A stretch of 12,654 nucleotides of DNA from Opitutales bacterium (GTDB lineage Bacteria; Verrucomicrobiota; Verrucomicrobiia; Opitutales; JABSRG01), in assembly GCA_049599475.1 (NCBI GenBank), contig JBMYOQ010000102.1, forward strand, positions 1 to 12,654, read 5' to 3'. The notes beneath the pieces were generated by a model that saw nothing but the letters and a program-made list of their open reading frames with translations, was not told where the DNA came from and did no database searches. Both the position numbers and the translations under genes were made by a program. Positions 1 to 8,174 of this stretch are shown here, piece by piece. Numbering within the stretch: position 1 is the first letter of the stretch; every line of letters starts with the position of its first letter.

Positions 1-214
1 TAGACAAAACCATATAACCATAAAGCTCAATAATTATTCGAACTGGTATTATTTTTCTAATCCGCGAAATGCGGCGATAGGAGGATTGATATTCTTCAGC
101 TCATAGGGTGCTTCGGTCAGCGTCTCTCGAAGGCTGGGGCGACGTTGAAAGGCTGCACTTAGTTCTTCGAAAACGCTATTTATCTCGACATAGGGATTCG
201 CGTTTTACGCAATC

Positions 215-245
215 TTGAAAGTGTTTTTCAACCTGTATGGTTGAA
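215..245. promoter_or_regulatory. Overlapping inverted repeats, candidate operator
   Basis: TTGAAA-gtgtt-TTTCAA (215-231) overlaps TTCAACC-tgtat-GGTTGAA (227-245) in AT-rich intergenic DNA. Confidence 0.3.
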
Positions 246-637
246 GGAGTTTAGGTATCTCTGTTCTGGGTAGATTGCTTACAGTTGACGAATGAACGAT
301 TCCTTGATTTTTAAAGTTTTTCAGAAAGTACGCAATGTTATTTGTATGACATAAATCTATTTTTTGGTATTAAATGAGTAGGTTTTTGTTGATGTACCGA
401 AGAATGTGTGAGTTGTTTGCGGTAGGCGTTGAAACGCTCCCCGTACCCAATTATCCAAACCCCTTCCCCATTCAGCCCCTTAATTATTTCGATCAGCGGC
501 TTATTTAGTGCCGCAAGCGTGGGATATTGTGTTCTCACATTTGGAATATGCCGGAGTCTCTTGCTGCAAATCAGTGAACGCGGTCGGCGAAAGAGTTTTG
601 GGTGAAATGTCGATCTCAGTAAATCTCCCCTTCTACG

Positions 638-643
638 TATAAT
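638..643 (+). promoter_or_regulatory. Candidate sigma70 -10 element (TATAAT) just upstream of the hydrolase start codon
   Basis: Perfect TATAAT at 638-643, 5 nt before the ATG at 649. No recognisable -35 (CTCAGT at 17-nt spacing) and no SD. Confidence 0.4.
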
Positions 644-648
644 TTGTC

Positions 649-3600
649 ATGAAAATTAGGTTGCCCCTCCTTGTGTCTCTTGAATTTTTTTGCATGTCAT
701 TTGTTATCGGAGCTGTACCCGATATCGCATGGGATGGAGAGGTTTTACCTATCTATTCGACAGAGGGTATTGTGGGCACTTTGACACCCAGTACTCAGGG
801 AATTAATACAGAGTATGGTTCGACTGACGGCACTTTTGGAGCCGACCACTCGGGAGCCAGCTTGGTGGATGGTTGTTATCCGGTGATGGGGGTCGAAAAT
901 GGTCTGAGTGGTGGAGTAATTGATATTTCACTTACAAATGATACTGGTGCAAATCTACAGCTGAGTAAGCTAGTGTTTGATTATAGTCGTTGGTTTAATG
1001 GTTCCCCCTCTCGATTATCAGTTATTTATCTTTCGGGTGATTTGAGTGTGTCTGAAAATACTTTATTGGTGAGCTTTACTGGAATGGAGACTCAGTGGCG
1101 GAGGTCTGACTATTCTGATTATGAGGTTGTTTTTGGCATTCTTGATGATTCCATTCTCGCAAACGGTGAGAGTGCGGTGTTTCGCCTGGAAGCCTCGGAA
1201 GCCGGAAGTGCTGACTCGAGCACAGGAGAAGGGGCATTTGACAACATCGGTATCATTGTCGATCCAGTGCCGTTTATTGCCTGGGATGGAGAGGAAAGCC
1301 CGTCTCAGCCCTTGGACGGTATTAGCGGTGTAGTTATTCCGAGTGAGCTCGGAGTTCGGGATTCGTTTGGTTCTACAGACGGCTTTTTCGGACCGGATGG
1401 AGGAGTCGGAGGAGCTGCAGCTTCGTTGAATGCCTATAGGGTATTGAGCAACGTTGATACACCTGATCGAGGCATGGTGCAGGTCTCGGTGACTAATCGA
1501 TCAGGTTCAACGGTATTACTGGATTCACTCTTATTCGACTATGCTCGCTGGTATACGGATTCTCCGAGAACGGTTCATGTCCGTTATAAGTCTGGTGACT
1601 TGGATTCAATCTTAGATGATACTCTGGTCGAATCGTTTACAGGTATTGGAACGAGCCCTACAACTGGGGATTATCGGGACTTTAGTGTTTCTTTGACTGG
1701 ACTCGTGGACAATAGCCTAGCTGATGGCGAGCGCGCTGTATTTTCCCTGGAAGTCGCTGACGCAAATTCTGTCGGAGCTCGCGCGGGGTTCGACAACATA
1801 GCTATAACATTTCAGGATTGGCCGACGCAGTATGGAGTCTGGGTGGCTGAGAATGGCGTTTCAGGTACAGCTACTGAGCGACTCAGCGATGCAGATTTAG
1901 ATGGGTTCGATAATTGGACGGAGTATGTGTTGGGCGGACTGCCGAACGCGTCTGATGCGATAGAACTGCAGCCTTACGCAGTGGTAAATGGAACAAATCA
2001 AATGGATTATGTGCATCGGCGGTTGGTCGACTTCCGGGCGCGTGGCCTGGAATATCACATAGAAGCTTCTCCTGATCTGACTTCGGGTAATTGGAGCTCT
2101 GAAGGGATTGTAGAGATCGGCTCGGTGCCGGTCGATGAGGTCGTGGAATCTGTAACTCATCGATTGAGTCTGGACGGGCATTCATCGCAATTTGTGAGGC
2201 TTCGCGTAGAAGAGGCCGCCGATACGTATGGTAACATTATTGTAGATGCTGCGGTTGATCTTGGGCCTGTAAATAGAGACTTAGGTGGAAGGGTTCAGCC
2301 CTTGTATCCAGATGATATTACAGAAGTATACCCGTCGATCGTGCGTCCTGGATATGGAAGGTTTCTTGTGGAAAGAAATTTTTGGTCTGATGCCAATGGA
2401 GATCGTTTTCCTGGTGAGCTCGGAGTAGGCGTTCCGGTTGAAAATATGGCTCTCGGATTGGAGGGAAGTCGTTCTGCCGAAAGTTACGCCGTATTGTTGG
2501 AAAATTTTCATAATCGTGGATTGAAAATGAATATTTGTTTCGCTGCTGTTCCCGAATGGCTGTGGGGGAATCATCCAGACAATGATATGCCGGTGGCTGG
2601 GCAGGTGACTTCTCAAATGCGTGTAGGACACACCTTGCCGCCCAGCGATTATGGCCAATGGTGGGATCTCGTCTACAGCACTGTCCACTGGATGGTGAAT
2701 GTTCAAGGGTATGACGTGATTTTCGAGGTCTGGAATGAGCCCGATGCGGGCCAGAACAATCCAAATAATTATAACATGTTCTGGAACGGCACTAAGGAGG
2801 AGTTAATCGAAATGTATTCAGTTACCGCAGATGCTATTCGGGCAGCGGCTCCCGATGCGAAAGTCGGAGGTCCGACAATCGCTCGAATTCAACCCCACTT
2901 AGATTGGTTCGAAGACCTATTTGCGCATTGTGCGTCTGAAGGAGTTCCTATCGATTTTATTGCGTGGCATGATTATCTGTATTACTCTGAAGCATACGAC
3001 GATCAGACCTGGTCATTTACTACTCAGGCAGAACGATTGCAGAGTATCGCTGAAAGCTACGGATTTACAAATCTTGGCTTGGCGGTAACGGAGTGGAGCT
3101 ACGACTGGGCTGGGAACAGGTTAGAGGACAGACAAAGGTCTGCGTTCCACGGCGCATACATCGCACAGTCTCTACGTGAAATGAGCGACAACTCTGATTA
3201 TCTATTTGCAACATTTGTGGGCGAAACCCGCTCCGACCAACAATACCCCAATCCAGTATGGCGAGCGCTTAGCATGTTCAGTAACCTACAGAGTGATAGA
3301 ATCTATTCTGAGATCGATGTTAATTACCCCAGCCTTGACGCGTTCGCTTCGATAGATCGAAGCACGGGCACTGCGAGCATTATGGTGTGGGATTATCCGA
3401 ATCCGATGCATGAAGAGATTAGAAATCTTCCGGCGCAAGAGATTCAGAATTTGGAATCTGAGGTCAAAACAATTGATCTAAGCCTACAGAACTTCGCTCC
3501 TGGAGAATATGAGTATACGCGATATCTTGTAGACGATGAGAATAATGGAGGCGAGTGGAGGGACCTAATACCTTTTGATGAAGGCACTTTGACAGTATCC

Positions 3601-3678
3601 TCTGCAGGTTCGATGTCTTTCGACCTACTTCCTTATGCTGTCTCGTTGATAGAAATCCGGCCTCTAGGAACGAATTAA
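649..3678 (+). CDS. Secreted multidomain glycoside hydrolase, GH39-like (clan GH-A) catalytic domain at the C-terminus
   Basis: 1009-aa ORF with signal-peptide-like N-terminus (MKIRLPLLVSLEFFCMSFVIGA). The C-terminal ~490 aa carry GH39-type motifs PPSDYGQWWDLV, FEVWNEPD (putative acid/base E697, nt 2737), KVGGP, IDFIAWHDY and AVTEWS (putative nucleophile E815, nt 3091), followed by a beta-sandwich-like tail ending LLPYAVSLIEI. Confidence 0.85.
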   Translation: MKIRLPLLVSLEFFCMSFVIGAVPDIAWDGEVLPIYSTEGIVGTLTPSTQGINTEYGSTDGTFGADHSGASLVDGCYPVMGVENGLSGGVIDISLTNDTGANLQLSKLVFDYSRWFNGSPSRLSVIYLSGDLSVSENTLLVSFTGMETQWRRSDYSDYEVVFGILDDSILANGESAVFRLEASEAGSADSSTGEGAFDNIGIIVDPVPFIAWDGEESPSQPLDGISGVVIPSELGVRDSFGSTDGFFGPDGGVGGAAASLNAYRVLSNVDTPDRGMVQVSVTNRSGSTVLLDSLLFDYARWYTDSPRTVHVRYKSGDLDSILDDTLVESFTGIGTSPTTGDYRDFSVSLTGLVDNSLADGERAVFSLEVADANSVGARAGFDNIAITFQDWPTQYGVWVAENGVSGTATERLSDADLDGFDNWTEYVLGGLPNASDAIELQPYAVVNGTNQMDYVHRRLVDFRARGLEYHIEASPDLTSGNWSSEGIVEIGSVPVDEVVESVTHRLSLDGHSSQFVRLRVEEAADTYGNIIVDAAVDLGPVNRDLGGRVQPLYPDDITEVYPSIVRPGYGRFLVERNFWSDANGDRFPGELGVGVPVENMALGLEGSRSAESYAVLLENFHNRGLKMNICFAAVPEWLWGNHPDNDMPVAGQVTSQMRVGHTLPPSDYGQWWDLVYSTVHWMVNVQGYDVIFEVWNEPDAGQNNPNNYNMFWNGTKEELIEMYSVTADAIRAAAPDAKVGGPTIARIQPHLDWFEDLFAHCASEGVPIDFIAWHDYLYYSEAYDDQTWSFTTQAERLQSIAESYGFTNLGLAVTEWSYDWAGNRLEDRQRSAFHGAYIAQSLREMSDNSDYLFATFVGETRSDQQYPNPVWRALSMFSNLQSDRIYSEIDVNYPSLDAFASIDRSTGTASIMVWDYPNPMHEEIRNLPAQEIQNLESEVKTIDLSLQNFAPGEYEYTRYLVDDENNGGEWRDLIPFDEGTLTVSSAGSMSFDLLPYAVSLIEIRPLGTN
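715..1818 (+). repeat. Two tandem ~184-aa protein-level repeats in the hydrolase N-terminus (715-1266 and 1267-1818)
   Basis: Matching motifs in order: VPDIAWDGE/VPFIAWDGE, GSTDGTFG/GSTDGFFG, FDYSRWF/FDYARWY, YLSGDL/YKSGDL, SFTG/SFTG, DYSDY/DYRDF, LANGESAVFRLE/LADGERAVFSLE, FDNIGI/FDNIAI. The repeat starts are 552 nt apart. Confidence 0.9.
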
Positions 3679-3717
3679 ATCAAGCTGAGTACGGATGCTA
3701 AGCGTGGATTAAAGTGA

Positions 3718-4632
3718 CTATGCCGCTGATCCGAGATCTTGGTTCTGGAAAAACTCGCGAGGCTCTACGTGTGCAACGGCTCCCGTCTTCACTTCGCGAG
3801 GTGTTGCTTTGAATGAGCGCTTGAAAGCGGTTGCGAAACTTTGGCTGCTCTGAAAGCCGACCATCAGGGCGATCTGAGTGATATTCATGGACGAGCTTAC
3901 GAGCAGTTCGTAGCCCTTGATGAGCCGAATTTTCCACAGGCTTGCCATGGGGCTCTCGCCGGTTGCTTGACGGAAGGCCTTCGTGAGCTTGCTTTCAGAA
4001 ACGGCGAGGCGGTCGGAGAGTGTTCTGAGGTCCCAATGGTTGCTGTATTCCCGTTCGAAGAGATCAATGGCGTGCAGGACCGTGGGGTTCTGTGTGAGCT
4101 CCGGTGATACTGGAGATTCCACGACAGTGTCGTTTGTAGCCTCCTGTAGGGAATAAACAAATGCTTGAAAGGTAGTTTTGGCTATTTCCTCGCTGAACGG
4201 GCCGGGGGAGGCGTGTTCATTTACAATCGTCTTTAGGAGAGACTGATGTTTTGGCAGAAATCTGCAGTTGAGGTAGGTGAAATCTTTCCAGGTCTCGAGC
4301 AGGTCTGGCATGTCCTGCAGGGCTCGTCGCATCGAGAAGCCGATCCAAATGCAGTGATTGTAAGCAAATTTTTGATCTAAGCGCTCCATGACAACTCCGC
4401 GAGCTAAGAGCATCATATTCCCGTTGCTGAGGGTCTCGTCTTTACCATTAATCCGAAAGCTGCACTCGCCCTCTAGTTGTAGCAGCAGGGTGAAATTCTC
4501 TAATTTTTTGGATACGGGTTTCAATCTTGGAGAGGACCAGTGTTCACCGAGCGAACTAACGCCGGGAACCATGACATCTTCGCCATAAATGCTGTATCCA
4601 GAATAAACGCCTTCGGGTAAATCTATTGGCAT
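3718..4632 (-). CDS. AraC/XylS-family transcriptional regulator
   Basis: 304 aa. N-terminal cupin-like region (LLLQLEGECSFRINGKDETLSNGNMMLL). C-terminal double HTH: WDLRTLSDRLAVSESKLTKAFRQATGESP...IRLIKGYELL...NITQIALMVGFQSSQSFATAFKRSFKATP. Confidence 0.95.
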   Translation of the reverse strand: MPIDLPEGVYSGYSIYGEDVMVPGVSSLGEHWSSPRLKPVSKKLENFTLLLQLEGECSFRINGKDETLSNGNMMLLARGVVMERLDQKFAYNHCIWIGFSMRRALQDMPDLLETWKDFTYLNCRFLPKHQSLLKTIVNEHASPGPFSEEIAKTTFQAFVYSLQEATNDTVVESPVSPELTQNPTVLHAIDLFEREYSNHWDLRTLSDRLAVSESKLTKAFRQATGESPMASLWKIRLIKGYELLVSSSMNITQIALMVGFQSSQSFATAFKRSFKATPREVKTGAVAHVEPREFFQNQDLGSAA

Positions 4633-5052
4633 AGTGAATGGAGAGGGTGTGTGGGGTTATGGGGGATTTTCCTCGAGTTTCTTGAAGAATTCGCAGGAAA
4701 TTTACATGAGATCACGATATACGCTTCAACGAAAGTTTACGTCTTTGATGAGCTTCAATTCGTTTGTGAAACGGTAATCTTGAGCTTTTTGTGTGTCCTT
4801 GCGTCCGAAACCTTCCTCGAATGTTAATGAGCCGTCGTTATTTTGACGATATTGCAAACGCAGTTTCAGGTATTAACGTTTCATTAGTCCGTTTTTTTAG
4901 GGTGCATAACGCGAGTCGCCGTCCCCAGTTCGATGGAAGTCGTGAATGCATCCAGCGCCTGCGGAGCGCTTTGCCGCCAAGAGCTCGACCGCCACTCCTA
5001 CACTCCAAAAGTTTGGATTTAACAGGATAAACGAAAACACATTTTGAAACGG

Positions 5053-5910
5053 TTAGACCGCGTGCTTTCTTCGTATGACAACCACAGTTGAGAGTATTCC
5101 TAATATCGCGACGATGCTCAATGGCTCTGGTATATCTACGCGTTTAATGGAAATCTCACTGATCTGATAGGTGAAGTCTTCTCGGGATTGGGTCTGGATG
5201 CGGGTCATCAGACGTGAGTGACCGAGCCCTCCGTCGCCGTCTTTTACATCAGACCAGTTGTCGACGGTCATGCCGGTGATTTGGCCTGTTCGGGAGATCG
5301 TATCGCCGTCGTGGTATAGAGTCACCGTGTAGTCAACACCTGAGCCATTGGTTCCATCGAGTGCGAGATCGAATCCTGAGATGCCGTTGGGGACATACTC
5401 TGAAATGAAGGTGATATTGCCAAAGTTTCTTGGGCCCCCGCTATCAATATGGGCCAGAAGTTCCACAGTGCCGTCACCCTGAACGAGAAGCGCGATACCA
5501 TCGTCCTGAGCGTAGCTACTACTGCTCTTCGGAGTGAATCCATAATAGCTACGCACGGCTGTAGGAAACGCATCGATTGAAAGGCCTCTGACTGAAAGTA
5601 TGATCTCCTGCGAAAAGAAGTCCCACGCGGCCGTCTGCTCAGAACTATGTCCCCCCCAGACATTCCCGAAACCGTCCTCTTCAAAAGTATACGCGATATT
5701 GAGCTTGCCGCCAACTTCAGTCGTCTTGATCAGATCAGTGTTTGGAAATTCCCAAAAACCTTGCTTGCGAGCGCCATCGAAGAGCTCGGCATCTAAGAGG
5801 ACGCCATCGGAGAAGGTGTCACTGAGGATCGTTTCCTCAGCGAGGAGGATCGATGGGGCCAGAAGGGTGATTATCGAGAGAGAAAATGTTTGGATGTGGG
5901 GTAGGGTCAT
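5053..5910 (-). CDS. PEP-CTERM sorting domain-containing surface protein
   Basis: 285 aa. N-terminal signal peptide (…LSIITLLAPSILLA|EE). C-terminal IPEP + hydrophobic helix LSIVAILGILSTVVVI + basic RRK at nt 5133-5053, the tripartite PEP-CTERM signature. Confidence 0.9.
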   Translation of the reverse strand: MTLPHIQTFSLSIITLLAPSILLAEETILSDTFSDGVLLDAELFDGARKQGFWEFPNTDLIKTTEVGGKLNIAYTFEEDGFGNVWGGHSSEQTAAWDFFSQEIILSVRGLSIDAFPTAVRSYYGFTPKSSSSYAQDDGIALLVQGDGTVELLAHIDSGGPRNFGNITFISEYVPNGISGFDLALDGTNGSGVDYTVTLYHDGDTISRTGQITGMTVDNWSDVKDGDGGLGHSRLMTRIQTQSREDFTYQISEISIKRVDIPEPLSIVAILGILSTVVVIRRKHAV

Positions 5911-6455
5911 TTTGGGCTAGATGAAAACATTTTTATTCAACAAATAATGATAGCAGATTGCGACCCGGGCTGCGTTTGTGGAAAACGCCATATCGTGCGT
6001 GGGAGAATTTGATCACGACCCTTTCGAGCCACTCAGTGCGCTCGGATTACCTTTGCGAAATGCCGATTCGAAAGAAACTTTGTCTCTCTCTACGGCCGAC
6101 CTTGGCACATATTCGATTCCTCTCTAACGATTTAAGCGCGCATCGATAGTTTGTGACTTTAATTTGGCCTTTTGATGCCGAATTTTCCCCTTATCAGGGA
6201 TAATGATAGAATGTTTCACTACAATGTTTGCCGCCGATTATTATGTGTTTTCCAGGTGGTTTGCATGAGGCGTTATCCCGCAAGCTGTGTTAACTTGGGC
6301 AAATCTTTCGTTTGGATGGACTCTACTGATTCTTTTCCAAGCGCCTTACCCACAACGCCGTGTGACGCTGAGAGCCCATCTGAATTCGAGAAAACTTTAA
6401 GCGTAATCGTTATCTCAAGCCTTGGGCTCAATCGTCCCTCGAATTCGCATAAACT

Positions 6456-8078
6456 ATGAAATCCTCTTCTTCTAGATTCCCCCTGAACCTGAATCGTATC
6501 ATTGTCCTGTTGGTCTCAGTTTTACCGATTTGGAAAGCTGCTCTCGTGGCGGAGGATCGCCCAAATATCGTGATGATAGTGCTCGATGATTTGAATGATT
6601 TTGTTGGAGTGATGGGAGGGCACCCGCAGGCGAAAACACCCAATATTGATCGTCTTGCAGATCGAGGTATCCTATTTACGAACGCTCACAGTAATACGCC
6701 TGTTTGTTTGCCCGTTCGCGCGAGTTTCATGCGAGGCGTCCACCCGGTATCGACTGGACATTGGGGATTTGTCCCGACTCAAAGGAATCCAATAGCTATG
6801 GGTTCCAAGACTATCCCAGAGTATGCACGGGAAAACGGATACAAAGTTTATTCCACGGGTAAGGTGATGCATGAGCCCAAATACAAAACAGTATGGGATA
6901 AACTAGGACAACCCGCGACGCATGGACCTTTCCCGTCGAATGGAAAGAAACGGGTAAACCATCCTGCACTGCCGGACACCATGCTTGAGTTTGGGGAGCT
7001 TGATGGAGTCTATTCCTCGTTGGCAGATATTCCTGTCGTACCTGCTACGGATTCTACCCCAGAGACGCGCGGTTGGTTTAATTCCCTTTACTGGGATGGA
7101 GATGTCCCAACACCCTTTCGTTATGTAAATGACAATGACCGCGACAAGATGATCGATGAAAAGAGCATCGACTGGATGAAAGAAACGATTGCTGCGCATG
7201 ATTCATATGCGGGAGATAGTCCATTTCTGTTTGCTCTTGGAATTTTACGCCCTCACACGCCTTTCGTGGTTCCACAGAAATACTTCGATATGTTCCCCTT
7301 GGAGACACTACAGCTGCCGCCAATCAAGGAGAATGATCGTGATGATATCGGAGTTAAAGGATATGGCTCGCGCGGCTACAAAATTTTCAAAGCATTGGAG
7401 AACGGGTATGAAGATCCAAACATAGGCCTAAAGCTCTACCTGCAGGCCTACTTGGCAAGTGTTGCTTTTGCGGACGATATAGTGGGGCAGGCTCTGGATG
7501 CTATAGACGCGAGCCCTTATCGAGATAACACGGTGGTCATGCTCTTCAGCGACCACGGCTACCATTTCGGCGAAAAAGATGAAGTTTGGAAATTCACTCA
7601 CTGGGATGATGCCACGCGCGTGCCGTTCATCATTAGCGATCTTAGGGATACCGCTCATGCCGGCAAAACGGTGAACCATCCGATCTCCCTCGTGGATGTA
7701 TTCCCAACGATCGCCGACCTGGGGGCTATGACGGGGTCCACTCTGATCAATAGTCAGGGGGCACCGGTCGATGGGCACAGTCTGAGGCCTTTTCTGGAAG
7801 ATCCTGAGCATGGGAAATGGGACGGGCCCGACTATGCCGTGATGGTGACTTACAGCTTCACGGGCTCTAAAGAACCTCGAAGGCAGAATCTGTCGATTCG
7901 GACCGAGCGTTTTCGCTACATCCTGTATGGGACTGGAGGAGAGGAACTATACGATCACGCAAACGATCCACATGAATGGACAAATCTCGCGAGCAACCCG
8001 GAATACGCCTCGGTGGTGGCTAAGCTGAAAGCGGAACTATATGACTACGTGCCGGCCTCCTTACCGGGAGCTAAGTGA
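6456..8078 (+). CDS. Secreted Cys-type formylglycine-dependent sulfatase (S1 family, iduronate-2-sulfatase/S1_7-like)
   Basis: 540 aa with signal peptide. Motifs RPNIVMIVLDDLND, KTPNIDRLA, CLPVR (CxPxR, C84 at nt 6705), STGKVMH, GILRPHTPF, SDHGYHFGEK, TRVPFI, LVDVFPTI and ELYDHANDPHEWTNLA. Sulfatase call is secure; the subfamily is by resemblance only. Confidence 0.93.
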   Translation: MKSSSSRFPLNLNRIIVLLVSVLPIWKAALVAEDRPNIVMIVLDDLNDFVGVMGGHPQAKTPNIDRLADRGILFTNAHSNTPVCLPVRASFMRGVHPVSTGHWGFVPTQRNPIAMGSKTIPEYARENGYKVYSTGKVMHEPKYKTVWDKLGQPATHGPFPSNGKKRVNHPALPDTMLEFGELDGVYSSLADIPVVPATDSTPETRGWFNSLYWDGDVPTPFRYVNDNDRDKMIDEKSIDWMKETIAAHDSYAGDSPFLFALGILRPHTPFVVPQKYFDMFPLETLQLPPIKENDRDDIGVKGYGSRGYKIFKALENGYEDPNIGLKLYLQAYLASVAFADDIVGQALDAIDASPYRDNTVVMLFSDHGYHFGEKDEVWKFTHWDDATRVPFIISDLRDTAHAGKTVNHPISLVDVFPTIADLGAMTGSTLINSQGAPVDGHSLRPFLEDPEHGKWDGPDYAVMVTYSFTGSKEPRRQNLSIRTERFRYILYGTGGEELYDHANDPHEWTNLASNPEYASVVAKLKAELYDYVPASLPGAK

Positions 8079-8119
8079 GGTGCGCTTTTGATAATGTTTT
8101 ATCCTTTTTTAAAAACTAA

Positions 8120-8141
8120 GCGGCGTTGAATTCTCAACCGC
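8120..8141. other. Bulged hairpin between sulfatase and TpsA (possible weak terminator or operator)
   Basis: GCGG(CG)TTGA-attc-TCAACCGC. There is no U-tract after it on the + strand, so it is not a canonical + strand intrinsic terminator. Confidence 0.2.
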
Positions 8142-8174
8142 ACAGCTAAATGGGCGACTTAACGGGCTTCCGAT

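Noticed and set aside
338..538. 66-aa minus-strand ORF, and likewise 4791-5030 and 5958-6149
   Set aside because: Short, non-ATG starts, no motifs; they lie in probable regulatory intergenic DNA.
3679..3717. Expected bidirectional terminator between the convergent GH39 and araC genes
   Set aside because: No convincing stem-loop with U-tract in the 39-nt gap.
6102..6180. Sigma54-like TGGCAC (6103) and TGGC…TGC (6165-6178) sequences
   Set aside because: Neither has the required GG-N10-GC spacing: the first lacks GC at -12 and the second has a 9-nt spacer.
6172..6459. 95-aa ORF whose TGA overlaps the sulfatase ATG (ATGA)
   Set aside because: An ATGA overlap arises automatically when a gene starts ATG-A. 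The peptide has no recognisable motif and an atypical Cys-rich composition. Not excluded, but unsupported.
1121..7811. Alternative-frame ORFs inside the GH39, araC, PEP-CTERM and sulfatase genes
   Set aside because: They overlap well-supported genes and show no independent protein motifs.
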